DNA of 64,000 nt. It comes from an uncultured Gammaproteobacteria bacterium (GTDB lineage: Bacteria; Patescibacteriota; Patescibacteriia; UBA11705; JABHMO01). Location: the NCBI GenBank assembly GCA_964565345.1, contig CAZMEQ010000002.1, positions 7,133 to 71,132 of the forward strand, read 5' to 3'. The notes beneath the pieces are model-generated. The model searched no databases and was not told the origin of the DNA. It worked only from the letters and a program-made list of their open reading frames with translations. Below are positions 1 to 9,667 of the stretch, piece after piece. The translations under genes and the position numbers were made by a program. Within the stretch, counting starts at the first letter, position 1, and each line of letters starts with the position of its first letter.

Positions 1-2540
1 ACCTCACCGCCAACAGCTGTAATTTGAATAGAATAAATATCAAAATCCGCTGTCGCTGCATAGTCAGGTTGTATCTTAATAATTTGATAAACCGTAACCC
101 AACTATCCAGAGGAGCCGAAGATAAGTCTGCTTTACCATTCTCTAATTCTTCTCCCCTAAATTTAGAATCTGTTTGAAACACGTCTGCAAGTAGTGTTTT
201 CCATTCAAATGTAACATTCGCTTCTGCTGTTTTTTTCTTAGCTTTAGCCGAAACCGCAAAATACCTCACATGGTCTTTGGCTGGCAAAGAAAATTGAGGC
301 TTCATATAAACATCCTCACCTGAGGCTAAAGATAATGCCGCCAAACCAGCAAATGAGTCAGACACTAGCTCAATCCCAACATCAGCCGGTAAATCAACCT
401 TATTCCACCACCCCTGCGCTTCATTATCATTCAAATCTGGCGAATTAATATCTCCAGTAAAAATTTCAAACCCGCCGTTTTCTATTAAGCTCGTGCCCGA
501 ACCAGCATAAGTTCGCACAAAACGAGTACAGCCTTCATCATTGGGCGAACATTCAAAATCTTTAATATTTTTATTTAATTGAATGCTATCATAAGTACAA
601 CTAGCACCGCCACAAGTATCATCATCAGGAAGCTTCCAATCCCAATTAGCAGCACTATTTCTAATTGTACTATATACTTTACAACCAGCATTATTAGGGT
701 CGCAACCAGTGGTATCGACCGTGTTCACCAAATAACTGGCCTTTTCTCCACCTTCAACTTTGGTTACTGTTCGACAACTATCATACTGAGCCGAACACTC
801 GGTGCCACCAAAGCGAAAAACGTTTTGTTCGGCCGCACAATACCCCCAGGCCTTGCATTTACCAGTCTCGTCTTGTTTAATACAAGTTTTTAAGTCGGCG
901 CAAACAGGTGCGCGCTTATCAGACCCAGCCCCAATTAAAGTTGGACCAAAAGCCTCAGCTTCACAACGAGCTAACGGTGCGCGCAAAATCCATTCTGGGT
1001 CAATCAACTTTTCGAACCTGTCTCCCGCTGTAGAGAACTGTTCCATGGCATATTTCAAAGTAATATTTTCACCTTCTTCAACTTTTCGCGCCGCGATTTC
1101 CCAGCCAATAGGGATTATACGGGCTGTGCGCAATTTAACCAAGTTAGAATAACACCACCCCTCTTCATAACAATTGCTCGACTGATTACGTCCATCTGTT
1201 GGTGGAATAAGTGGCAAGTTACCGTTCACTTTACCCGAAGCGATAGCTTCTTTAAGTGACAGTGGTTTATCCTGATCAGCCGAGCGCACTGCTTGGGCGA
1301 AATCATTATCAACCACACAATTATATATTTGTCTGTCTTGCGGGCAACTCGTAAATTGTGTTAACAAATCAATTTGTTTACTCGAAGTAGAAAAGCTAAC
1401 TTTTTGCACCTGAATCGCTTGCGCCATTTCCTTGGCAATTTGCTCTTTATCTTCAAAAATACCAGCCCGAGGTTGATAGCCTTTGGGACTCTTAGTAATA
1501 CCATCCCAAAGCTTTTTTAAGAATGCTTCGGAAAAGGCTTTAGACACAAAAGAATTCACAAAAGCAGCCACAACACTTTCTGGTATTTCTGTAATCACAT
1601 CCAATGATTGTTGCCCCTCGGACTTTTGCATCCCCTTGGTTTGTCTTATATCTTCTTTTGTTACTTCAGTGTTGGCTTCAGGTGGAGTTTTAACAGTGGT
1701 CCCTTCAACCGACGTGGTTGCTTTCATGCCGCCACCGGCTTCCTCACGTTGTTTGCCCTCTGCTTCTTTTAACTTTTGTTGCTCAGCCATTATCTCTTGA
1801 TTCATCTTAATCCACTGCCCCATGTCAGTATATTTCATATCAAAAGAAGCATCAGTCGCTTCTTGCAAAAAGGCTAAACTCATAGCCCCAGGTTTATCTA
1901 AAAACTGCTTGTATTTTGCTACTGTATTGTCATAAAGTGCCTCCCAATTATTAACCAACTTACTAAGAGAACAATCTGGTTGCTGTTGTTCTATCATTCC
2001 AGGATCATCAACATTGGGCAATTCCAACCCTATCATGATTTTTATTTTGATGTCTGGCGTTCTTGGTTCGCAAATATCAAAGCCTGTTTCGCTCCAGACA
2101 ACATCACGCAAATTATCTAACATTTGCCCCACAGTATAATTCATGATATCGCTAGTAAATTTATTCCAGGCTTGTTCATAAAACATGCCACCCTGCCCCC
2201 ATTCTCCAGTCGCCACCCAATCGAGTGTTTGCTCAGCCATTTTTTGTGATAAATAAACCAAAGCATTACGAACAGTTATGGAAGCCGAAAGTAACAGCCC
2301 CTTGTACAAACGCTCCCACACAGTCTGCTTAACCTCCTTAGTTGTTTCCGTTGTCGTCCGTTTCGTTTCTAAGCTAATTGTAGTACTTAAAAGACTGGCT
2401 TCACCAACTTCAGTATCTCCAGCATTAACGACCATCTTCTCCCTAAACAAAAAAGCAGGACTAAAAAGCTGAAAAATGGCTAACAGGATGACTAATCCAA
2501 AAGCACATTTTTTCAGCCATAAATAATTGGGGGCTTTCAT
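1..2540 (-). CDS. Large exported protein, partial because the C-terminus runs off the window start. It has an N-terminal TM or signal helix and a Cys-containing extracellular region.
   Basis: Open minus-strand frame from ATG at 2540 (MKAPNYLWLKKCAFGLVILLAIFQLF...) to position 1 with no stop. It is missing from the ORF track because it is truncated by the window edge. The plus-strand ORFs at 579-1800 are antisense shadows of it. Confidence 0.5.
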   Translation of the reverse strand, partial: MKAPNYLWLKKCAFGLVILLAIFQLFSPAFLFREKMVVNAGDTEVGEASLLSTTISLETKRTTTETTKEVKQTVWERLYKGLLLSASITVRNALVYLSQKMAEQTLDWVATGEWGQGGMFYEQAWNKFTSDIMNYTVGQMLDNLRDVVWSETGFDICEPRTPDIKIKIMIGLELPNVDDPGMIEQQQPDCSLSKLVNNWEALYDNTVAKYKQFLDKPGAMSLAFLQEATDASFDMKYTDMGQWIKMNQEIMAEQQKLKEAEGKQREEAGGGMKATTSVEGTTVKTPPEANTEVTKEDIRQTKGMQKSEGQQSLDVITEIPESVVAAFVNSFVSKAFSEAFLKKLWDGITKSPKGYQPRAGIFEDKEQIAKEMAQAIQVQKVSFSTSSKQIDLLTQFTSCPQDRQIYNCVVDNDFAQAVRSADQDKPLSLKEAIASGKVNGNLPLIPPTDGRNQSSNCYEEGWCYSNLVKLRTARIIPIGWEIAARKVEEGENITLKYAMEQFSTAGDRFEKLIDPEWILRAPLARCEAEAFGPTLIGAGSDKRAPVCADLKTCIKQDETGKCKAWGYCAAEQNVFRFGGTECSAQYDSCRTVTKVEGGEKASYLVNTVDTTGCDPNNAGCKVYSTIRNSAANWDWKLPDDDTCGGASCTYDSIQLNKNIKDFECSPNDEGCTRFVRTYAGSGTSLIENGGFEIFTGDINSPDLNDNEAQGWWNKVDLPADVGIELVSDSFAGLAALSLASGEDVYMKPQFSLPAKDHVRYFAVSAKAKKKTAEANVTFEWKTLLADVFQTDSKFRGEELENGKADLSSAPLDSWVTVYQIIKIQPDYAATADFDIYSIQITAVGGE

Positions 2541-2556
2541 AGTATTTTTGTAAATT

Positions 2557-3423
2557 TTATTTAATGCTTTTACTTGCTTCTTCGTACGCCTTTTTATAAA
2601 GATCTCTTAGGGTAGCGTCATCAACCTGATTTAAAGTTAAGTCATCAATTCCCTGCTGGCGCAAAATTCTTTTTATTTCTTCAACCGGCACCGTATCCAC
2701 TTCGGCCATAATTTGTTCTGGCGTCTTACCCTGCATAGAGGTATCTACGACGGCACTTTCTTCGGCTAACTGTTGTTGTATCTCGGGATTTTCTTTTAAA
2801 AAGTCCTGATAAAAAGCCTCCAAATCAGCGTCAGACACGGCCGTAACTTGTTCTTCGGTTAATTGCCCCGAAGCTAAAAGCAAAGATCTAATTTGACTGG
2901 CGTTTAGTTTTTGAACTGCAACCGCTGGGGAGACTGCTTCGTCTTGATATAACTCTTCGGTTCTAAAACAATTTTGACCTCGTGGACAATTAGGATCTTC
3001 TTGAGCTTTTATTTCTTCCAAATCATTAATACCATCACTATCTGAATCAGCCAAATAAACACTTGTTTTATAAATGTATAATTCTTCAAAGTCAGTTAGG
3101 CCATCAGCATCCGTATCACGCTGTTTTAAAACCTCTAAATCTTCATCTTTAATATCTTTAACAACCTCAGTATTGTTTTTACTGTTTACTTCAGCTTGTT
3201 TTTTTAAATTAGCGATGGTGATTCCTCCAGGTAACGGGATAGACAACAAATTTCTCATTTGGACTACACTAAAAATAGAAATTAAAATCGCCAGCATAGC
3301 CAAAAAGGCTAACGCGGCGATTTTTTGTCGTTTCTTTTTTTGATAAGCGTAAAAATCATTGCCCTCCTCTGGCGGCTGAAGATCAACTGCTTTATTTTCT
3401 TCTGGATTTAACTCCTCGGCCAT
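2557..3423 (-). CDS. Membrane-anchored hypothetical protein with thrombospondin-type-3-like DxDxDG calcium-binding motifs
   Basis: 288-aa ORF. TM helix (IAALAFLAMLAILISIFSVV). Motifs DTDADGLTDFEE and DSDSDGINDLEE. Confidence 0.55.
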   Translation of the reverse strand: MAEELNPEENKAVDLQPPEEGNDFYAYQKKKRQKIAALAFLAMLAILISIFSVVQMRNLLSIPLPGGITIANLKKQAEVNSKNNTEVVKDIKDEDLEVLKQRDTDADGLTDFEELYIYKTSVYLADSDSDGINDLEEIKAQEDPNCPRGQNCFRTEELYQDEAVSPAVAVQKLNASQIRSLLLASGQLTEEQVTAVSDADLEAFYQDFLKENPEIQQQLAEESAVVDTSMQGKTPEQIMAEVDTVPVEEIKRILRQQGIDDLTLNQVDDATLRDLYKKAYEEASKSIK

Positions 3424-3525
3424 AACGTAAAAAACTAAATTCTAAATATTTTAGGAATTTCGCTTATTTTACTTTTCCTATAAATTACGTCTGCAAACAA
3501 ATTATATCACAATTTGTGCTTTTCA

Positions 3526-3574
3526 ACAAAAAAAGTGGCTAGTTTTCCACAAGAGCACTAAACCACTTTTTTTG
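3526..3574. terminator. Bidirectional intrinsic terminator-like hairpin downstream of ksgA
   Basis: aaaaaaagtgg...ccactttttttg. Stem agtgg/ccact flanked by an A-run and a T-run. Confidence 0.4.
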
Positions 3575-3578
3575 AAAC

Positions 3579-4379
3579 TTATTTTTCGATTCCCTGCGCT
3601 AATTTTACCCAATCGAAAAGTGATAATTCTTCCGCCCGAACAGACTCTGAATACCCACGCTCAATTAAAAACTCTTGAATTTTCTGAGGACTATACTCTC
3701 TTAAATTATTCCTTAATTTTTTCCGTTTCTGACTAAACCCAGCCTTAACCAGTTCAAAAAATATTTGGGCTGTAACAGAAAACTTGTTTTTGCGGATATT
3801 CTTAAATTCAATAATAGCGCTCTCCACCTTTGGTGCTGGCTTGAAACTATTTTTTTTAACTGTAAAAAGTAGCTTGGGTTCACAATAAAAATGCACCGAT
3901 AAAGACAAAACACTGTTATTCTGGTCTTTATTACAAATTCGCTCTGCCACCTCTTTTTGCAGCATCAATAACATCGAAGTCGGAGCATATTCTCGCTCCA
4001 AATATAACTTTAGAAACTGACTTGATATGTTATAGGGTAAGTTAGCGATGATCCGGTAAGGTTCTCCCTGAAAAAAATCTTTTAGTTGCTCGTCCGAAAC
4101 CTTCAAAACATCATACTCCAACACGCGAACATTACTCCAGCCAGCAGTAGCTAAACCAGAAATTAAGTCACTGTCTTTTTCGACAGCTAAAACTCTTTTT
4201 GCTCGAGTGGCCAATTCTTGAGTCAAAACACCCCGCCCCGGCCCCACCTCCAAAACATTATCTGTTTTTTTGACTTGAGCCACCTCAATAATTTTTCGCA
4301 AGATATTCTTATCAACTAAAAAATTTTGCCCAAGATATTTTTTGGGTTGATGTTTATTGGTTGTTTTTTTTCCATTCAT
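3579..4379 (-). CDS. rsmA: 16S rRNA (adenine1518/1519-N6)-dimethyltransferase KsgA/RsmA
   Basis: LGQNFL near the N-terminus. SAM-binding VLEVGPGRGVLT. NLPYNISS motif. 266 aa. Confidence 0.9.
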   Translation of the reverse strand: MNGKKTTNKHQPKKYLGQNFLVDKNILRKIIEVAQVKKTDNVLEVGPGRGVLTQELATRAKRVLAVEKDSDLISGLATAGWSNVRVLEYDVLKVSDEQLKDFFQGEPYRIIANLPYNISSQFLKLYLEREYAPTSMLLMLQKEVAERICNKDQNNSVLSLSVHFYCEPKLLFTVKKNSFKPAPKVESAIIEFKNIRKNKFSVTAQIFFELVKAGFSQKRKKLRNNLREYSPQKIQEFLIERGYSESVRAEELSLFDWVKLAQGIEK

Positions 4380-4387
4380 GTTATTTT

Positions 4388-5326
4388 TTAGTTCTGCTGT
4401 TCATTTACAAACCATTCCACTGTTTTTTCAATACCATCCTCCATACTAACACGAGGCGACCACCCCAAAGCTTTTTTAATTTTTTCGGTATTTAAACAAC
4501 TTACCTTTTGGCCCGAAAAAACATCAACGTGTTTGGGCGCAAAATCTTTATCTAAACATCCCTGGACTAATTTAAAAACTTCATTAACAGTTGTTTGTCG
4601 TCCAGTTCCAACATTGTATGTATCACATTTGTCACTTTGAAAAACTTTTAGATTTGCTTCCACAACATCGCCCACATAAACAAAGTCCCTGGTTTGATGT
4701 CCATCGCCGTGAATAACAGGGTGTTCCCCAGCCAGTATTTTTTCAGCAAAAATTGAGACCACCCCAGCCTCGCCCTTACTGTTTTGCCGTGGTCCGTAAA
4801 CATTAGCGTAACGAGTAATCCCATATTTTAACCCACGATTCTCATAATAAAAACGAATATAATTTTCTACCGCTAATTTGGCTATACCATAAGGTGACAG
4901 TGGTGCACATGGATATTCCTCGGGAGTCGGGACAACTTCCGCCTCCCCGTATAGCGCTCCTCCGGTTGAAGAGAACATTATCTTTTTTACACCAAAATCA
5001 ACGCAATTATCTAAAACATTTAAACTCCCTATAACATTCACATCTGCGTCAAAGATGGGGTCTTCTACCGAACGATTAACATTAATTTGGGCCGCAAAAT
5101 GAAAAACATAGTCTGGCTGTTCTTTTTGAAAAATTTCTCTTAGCTCCGATTCTCGGATGTCCACCTGATAAAACACAACGCTTTCGGGTATGTTCTTTCT
5201 ATTGCCACTTGAGAGATCGTCCACCACCACAACCTTATACCCCTCCTTTAACAACATATCCACTTGGTGTGAACCAATAAACCCAGCTCCACCTGTAACT
5301 AATACTTTCCCTTTGTTTGTAAACAT
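4388..5326 (-). CDS. NAD-dependent epimerase/dehydratase (UDP-glucose 4-epimerase family)
   Basis: VLVTGGAGFIGSH Rossmann motif. YGIAK (YxxxK) catalytic motif. The ORF track extends to 5380, but the upstream part is a hydrophobic read-through. The likely start is the internal Met (MFTNKGKVLV). Confidence 0.8.
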   Translation of the reverse strand: MFTNKGKVLVTGGAGFIGSHQVDMLLKEGYKVVVVDDLSSGNRKNIPESVVFYQVDIRESELREIFQKEQPDYVFHFAAQINVNRSVEDPIFDADVNVIGSLNVLDNCVDFGVKKIMFSSTGGALYGEAEVVPTPEEYPCAPLSPYGIAKLAVENYIRFYYENRGLKYGITRYANVYGPRQNSKGEAGVVSIFAEKILAGEHPVIHGDGHQTRDFVYVGDVVEANLKVFQSDKCDTYNVGTGRQTTVNEVFKLVQGCLDKDFAPKHVDVFSGQKVSCLNTEKIKKALGWSPRVSMEDGIEKTVEWFVNEQQN

Positions 5327-5380
5327 ATAGGTCAAAATTATTATTACAATAATCAATAAAACAAAGAAACAATAAAACAA

Positions 5381-5740
5381 CTATTTTGCCGTACGTAATA
5401 AGTTCTTAATTTCTGTCCACAGCATGGCTCCGATTTCATCAACAAGTTTATCGGCTTTTTTGAAGTTAGTCTTATTTATTAATTTATCAAAAGCACAAAG
5501 TTCAACCAAGTATTTAGATTCTTTTAATGATCCGTAAGAAATTTCTAAAAAATTCAATCTAACTCGGCTTCGATTACGTGCATAACCTTCTACATAGTTG
5601 AGCGCAATGGATAATGTTGATCGTCGTAATTGAGATGTAATTCCATACATTTCGCTTACGGGGAAATCTTTTGTCCAACCGTAGATTAGTCGAACATATT
5701 CATCCATCTTTTGTTTTAACTTTACTTGATATTCGTTCAT
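5381..5740 (-). CDS. Four-helix-bundle protein of the 23S-rRNA-intervening-sequence / Avd-like family
   Basis: 119 aa. LRRSTLSIALNYVEGYARNRSRVRLNFLEISYGSLKESKYLVEL resembles the conserved core of the PF05635-type four-helix-bundle family, recalled from memory. Confidence 0.65.
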   Translation of the reverse strand: MNEYQVKLKQKMDEYVRLIYGWTKDFPVSEMYGITSQLRRSTLSIALNYVEGYARNRSRVRLNFLEISYGSLKESKYLVELCAFDKLINKTNFKKADKLVDEIGAMLWTEIKNLLRTAK

Positions 5741-5749
5741 AGCTCAACG

Positions 5750-5930
5750 TTTTGTTTTCTTGCTTTCTTGCTTTTTTGCTTTCTTGTTTTCTTGCTTTCT
5801 TGCTTTTTGCTTTCTTGCTTTTTTGCTTTCTTGTTTTCTTGCTTTTTTGCTTTTTTGTTTTCTTGCTTTTTTGCTTTTTTGCTTTCTTGCTTTTTTGTTT
5901 TCTTGCTTTTTTGCTTTCTTGCTTTCTTGA
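5750..5930. repeat. Tandem array of about 20 short T-rich units (TTTCTTGC, TTTTTTGC and TTTTCTTGC, 8-9 nt each)
   Basis: Visible as ...ttttcttgctttcttgcttttttgctttcttg... repeated for about 180 bp. The variable unit length breaks all reading frames. The FLAFLLFCF ORFs at 5726-5991 are translation artefacts of it. Confidence 0.8.
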
Positions 5931-5942
5931 CTCTAGTTTATT

Positions 5943-6109
5943 TATTTTGAATTACGCCACTGATCAAACGGAATCAATCCATCGACTTTAAACTCCTTAT
6001 TCACAGGTGGTGCATTGATTGGTTTTTTATTTTCTTGCCATAAATAAACGAACACAAAACCTAAAAGAACAATAATTAAAATCAGAAAAAATAAAATGGC
6101 GTAGCGCAT
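5943..6109 (-). CDS. Possible small single-TM membrane protein (about 55 aa)
   Basis: ATG at 6109 (MRYAILFFLILIIVLLGFVFVYLWQENKKP...), immediately downstream of the prfB stop. Below the ORF-track cutoff. Weak support. Confidence 0.25.
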
Positions 6110-6110
6110 A

Positions 6111-7205
6111 CTATTTTATTTGTGAGCGTAAATAACTTTCCATAAAAGGCAACAATTCCCCATCCAAAACATCATCAACATTAGTCGCTTCAAAATCGGT
6201 TCGATGATCTTTAACTAGTTTATACGGATGAATAACATACGAACGCGCTTGATTCCCCCAAGCTGCCTCAGTATATTCACCACGTAAACGGGCTCGTTCT
6301 TCTTCGACTTCTGTCTGATAATATTGTTGCAATTTAGATTTTAAAACTTTTAACGCTTTTTCTTTATTTTGCGCTTGAGACCGTTCGTTTTGACAACTGA
6401 CGACTATGTTTGTGGGTAAATGAGTAATACGGACTGCTGAATCAGTCGTGTTTACACTCTGCCCGCCCTTTCCGCTAGATCGAAAGGTGTCAATGCGTAA
6501 ATCATCCGACTTAATTCCTATTTCTACGCTATCCGGAAGAAATGGCAAAACCTCCACTAAAGCAAAAGAAGTATGCCGCATTTTTTCTGCATCAAAGGGC
6601 GAGATCCGCACTAAACGGTGCACCCCTGCTTCTGACTTTAAATAGCCATAAGCATGACGGCCTATAACCTCAAATAGGACGCTTTTTATACCCGCCTCCC
6701 CCCCATACGATGTTGTTATAATGTTTGTTTTCCAGCCTTGTTTTTCACAAAAGCGCAAATACATCCGTAACAACATTTCGGCCCAATCTTGAGCGTCGGT
6801 CCCACCAGCGCCCGCATGAATCGCAACTATGGTGTCTGCACCATCATAGTCGCCCGCAAAAAGTAGATTGAATTCTTCGGTAGCAAAAACAGTTTCTAAC
6901 TTAACAATTTGCTGCTCAACTTCTGTGCGCAAATTAACTGACTGGTCTTCGTCATCTAACTTAGTAATTTCTAGTAAATCACTTATATCACGTTTAATTT
7001 TTTGCCAAAATTGTACTTCTGTTTCTAAATCGCTGGCGCGACGAGCAATTAGCGTCGCCTTATCTTGGTTGTCCCAAAAACCAGGTGTACTCATTTCATT
7101 TTGCAAATGAATGCTTTCTTCTTTTTTCTCATCAATCTTAAGCAACTGCCATGCGCTTAACAATCTGTCCCGCAAGGCCGAAATACGATTGATAAGATCT
7201 TGCAT
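6111..7205 (-). CDS. prfB: Peptide chain release factor 2
   Basis: GGQ motif (SGKGGQSVNTTDSAVRITHLPT). SPF tripeptide (RISPFD) specifies RF2. 364 aa in a single frame, with no programmed frameshift. Confidence 0.9.
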   Translation of the reverse strand: MQDLINRISALRDRLLSAWQLLKIDEKKEESIHLQNEMSTPGFWDNQDKATLIARRASDLETEVQFWQKIKRDISDLLEITKLDDEDQSVNLRTEVEQQIVKLETVFATEEFNLLFAGDYDGADTIVAIHAGAGGTDAQDWAEMLLRMYLRFCEKQGWKTNIITTSYGGEAGIKSVLFEVIGRHAYGYLKSEAGVHRLVRISPFDAEKMRHTSFALVEVLPFLPDSVEIGIKSDDLRIDTFRSSGKGGQSVNTTDSAVRITHLPTNIVVSCQNERSQAQNKEKALKVLKSKLQQYYQTEVEEERARLRGEYTEAAWGNQARSYVIHPYKLVKDHRTDFEATNVDDVLDGELLPFMESYLRSQIK

Positions 7206-7206
7206 A

Positions 7207-8415
7207 TTACTCAGTCCTTTCTGTCAATTTAACTGTTACTGTTTTTTCTTCTTTTTCCCGTGCGTACTTTATGGTGACTTCATCACCTGGCTGATATTTA
7301 TTTACCTCTTGGACCAAAGGATGTTCAGCATCAATCTTAACACCATTAATTTCTAAAATAATGTCCTTTTCCTTTAACTCCGCACTAGCCGCTGGGCTGT
7401 CTGGCACTATGGCTGGTTCAGTTGCTCCACCACCGGTAATCAAGGCTCCGTATTGATAATCTAATTTTCTTTTTTCAGCTACTTCCTCGTCTATTTGAAC
7501 ATAGCGAACTCCAAGCCAAGGACGTACAATCTTGCCATATTTTTTAACACTCTCAATCACAGTTTTAGCTTGATTAATTGGGATAGAAAAACCAATGGCC
7601 TCAGCTTGCTGAGAGATAGCTGTATTAATAGCAATAACTTGCCCCGACAAGTTCATCAAAGGTCCACCAGAGTTTCCCGGATTAATAGCCGCGTCAGTCT
7701 GAATCGCCCCGTCAATAACTTCGGCTCCACTATAAAAATCGCCGGCCGTAATTCTTCTATTAATTCCACTGACAATGCCACGCGTTACAGTATTCCTGAA
7801 TTCACTTAAAGAATTTCCAATCGCAATTACTGTTTGCCCCAATTGCAAAGAATCCGAATCCCCTAGTTCTACGGTCGGTAAATTATTAGCTTCTATTTTT
7901 AAAACAGCTAAATCACTAACCACATCTCGTGCTAAAACTTTTGCAGGATACTTTTCACTACTATTCAAAATGACTGTATATTCTGCGTCTTCATCAAAAA
8001 CCACGTGTTTATTCGTAACAATAAGACCATCCTCAGAAACAATAAAGCCTGTCCCGCCACCTATTTCTTGTTTTTGTTTGGCTTCTGGTTTTAGGGTAAT
8101 TCCATTGTTTTCAAAGCCAAAGACATCGGGGCCAGTCTGATTAAACAAATTTGTTAACTCTTTACTAACAACAATACTAACCACGGCCGGCGCGGTTTTT
8201 TTAACTGCTGCGATAGTCGCAGACTCTTCTTCAAGCGTCACGGTTTTGTTAAAAATTCCGCCAGAATTAATTGTTGAATTTAAAAATTCTTGCCCCCAGT
8301 TTTGGCTCATGAGATATGGACGTAAAAAGAAAGAACCTAGCACGCCCCCCAAAGACCCCACCACTAAACTAATAATGATAATTAAGGCTAAATAGCCACG
8401 TGTTTCTTTTTGCAT
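7207..8415 (-). CDS. htrA: HtrA/DegP-family serine protease with PDZ domain
   Basis: N-terminal TM. Catalytic GNSGGPL motif. TNKHVV histidine region. C-terminal PDZ-like segment. Confidence 0.85.
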   Translation of the reverse strand: MQKETRGYLALIIIISLVVGSLGGVLGSFFLRPYLMSQNWGQEFLNSTINSGGIFNKTVTLEEESATIAAVKKTAPAVVSIVVSKELTNLFNQTGPDVFGFENNGITLKPEAKQKQEIGGGTGFIVSEDGLIVTNKHVVFDEDAEYTVILNSSEKYPAKVLARDVVSDLAVLKIEANNLPTVELGDSDSLQLGQTVIAIGNSLSEFRNTVTRGIVSGINRRITAGDFYSGAEVIDGAIQTDAAINPGNSGGPLMNLSGQVIAINTAISQQAEAIGFSIPINQAKTVIESVKKYGKIVRPWLGVRYVQIDEEVAEKRKLDYQYGALITGGGATEPAIVPDSPAASAELKEKDIILEINGVKIDAEHPLVQEVNKYQPGDEVTIKYAREKEEKTVTVKLTERTE

Positions 8416-8462
8416 ATTTTTTTATAATAAAACACTTTGCATTATACAAGGTGTTTAATTTA

Positions 8463-8768
8463 TCATTTCTTAATTAAATCGAAAACTCCATTATATACAG
8501 CGCCCGAACCAGTAGCTGCATTAAACTCTTGCATCATGTTCTGATATAACTTCATTGTTTCACGCAAATAAGGTACCGCAAAGAAAATTGCAAAAACCAG
8601 TGGAACAATAATTAAAATTAATTTTAATATGTTCATAATATGTTGCATGAAAATGAAACGCTTCACCTTCACCAACATTTTATGCATTTCTTTGGTGTAT
8701 TCGAGATTTTTCTGCAACAACTGCTTAATTTCCTCCTCGTGCATATAGATAATTAACGTACACGGCAA
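8463..8768 (-). CDS. Hypothetical small membrane protein
   Basis: 101-aa ORF with a central hydrophobic helix (ILKLILIIVPLVFAIFFAV). It overlaps the nrdG end by a few codons in the same operon. Confidence 0.4.
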   Translation of the reverse strand: MPCTLIIYMHEEEIKQLLQKNLEYTKEMHKMLVKVKRFIFMQHIMNILKLILIIVPLVFAIFFAVPYLRETMKLYQNMMQEFNAATGSGAVYNGVFDLIKK

Positions 8769-9439
8769 ACTTTAAACCAATCTTTAAATGTTTGCATGAT
8801 CTCGTTTAATTGTTTTTTGGTATAAGTCATCTTACTCAAAAATTCTGGGTCAACTAAAGCGGCCGCTGGACGAAATTGTTGTAAAAAATACTTGTCAGCG
8901 CCTCTAATTTGCCGCGCCATGGCTAAAATGTCTTTTTCGGGATGCAAAGCCGGTAAAACCGTAGAACGGAATTCATACGGAATCTTCCCCTCCTTAATAA
9001 TTAAAACACTTTCTTTTACTTTCTCCAAGTCCGAAGGTCGCACCACAATTCGATCATATTTCTTCCAGGGCGCCTTAATATCCATAGCAATATAATCAAT
9101 TAGGCCCTTATTGATCAACCTTTTTATAATAGAGGGACGATGGCCGTTTGTATCCAATTTAACTGCATAACCCAAATGTTTTACTCTTTTGATAAAATCA
9201 ACCAAGTCACTTTGCAAGGTTGGCTCTCCGCCGGTAATACAAACACCATCAACCAAATCTTTACGACTTTTTAAAAAATCAAAAATAGTTTCTTCGGGAA
9301 TAACTTTAGCTATTCCTTTTACTATTTCCGGATTATGACAAAAAGAGCAGCGATAATTGCATCCAATAGTGAAAATGGTCGCTGCTATTTTTCCCGGGTA
9401 ATCAACCAAAGTTGTTTTTTGTAATCCGCCGATAAGCAT
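8753..9439 (-). CDS. nrdG: Anaerobic ribonucleoside-triphosphate reductase activating protein (radical SAM)
   Basis: CNYRCSFCHN (CxxxCxxC) radical-SAM cluster motif. GGEPTLQ. Directly downstream of nrdD. Confidence 0.85.
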   Translation of the reverse strand: MLIGGLQKTTLVDYPGKIAATIFTIGCNYRCSFCHNPEIVKGIAKVIPEETIFDFLKSRKDLVDGVCITGGEPTLQSDLVDFIKRVKHLGYAVKLDTNGHRPSIIKRLINKGLIDYIAMDIKAPWKKYDRIVVRPSDLEKVKESVLIIKEGKIPYEFRSTVLPALHPEKDILAMARQIRGADKYFLQQFRPAAALVDPEFLSKMTYTKKQLNEIMQTFKDWFKVCRVR

Positions 9440-9472
9440 ATATTCGATCGCCTGGGGCGATGGCCAAAAGAA

Positions 9473-9667
9473 CTATTTTAAAGCTCGATCATATGTTTTT
9501 CTATCACCGAATTCCTCTCTTTTACCCTTATTCCAACGGTGAATTGGACTTAAATAGCCCACGACTCGAGAATATACTTCACACTTTTGACGCTCCATTT
9601 TTTGTGCAGTCATATTTTCTAGTAACCAGATGCTAGTAACAAGTAACCAACCAACCCAGTTACTCAT
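9473..9667 (-). CDS. nrdD: Detached C-terminal glycyl-radical domain of NrdD (RVVGY motif), in a different frame from the nrdD body
   Basis: SRVVGYLSPIHRWNKGKREEFGDRKTY matches the NrdD C-terminal glycyl-radical signature RVCGYLGSP...NAGKQEEV...R recalled for E. coli NrdD. The upstream part of this ORF (MSNWVGWLLVTSIWLLE) is a read-through of the GTAAC repeat element. The likely start is the internal Met (MTAQKMERQKCEV). Confidence 0.6.
   Translation of the reverse strand: MSNWVGWLLVTSIWLLENMTAQKMERQKCEVYSRVVGYLSPIHRWNKGKREEFGDRKTYDRALK

Noticed and set aside
5750-5930. Possible CRISPR array
   Set aside because: Repeat units are only 8-9 nt and contiguous, with no spacers. No cas genes are present in the window.
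5726-5991. ORFs 5726-5950 and 5752-5991 translating to FLAFLLFCF-type peptides
   Set aside because: They are read-throughs of the T-rich tandem 8-9-nt repeat array. The variable unit length and absurd composition argue against coding.
6111-7205. Programmed +1 frameshift in prfB
   Set aside because: The RF2 ORF is continuous for 364 aa with no internal stop near codon 25. The autoregulatory frameshift site present in many bacteria is absent here.
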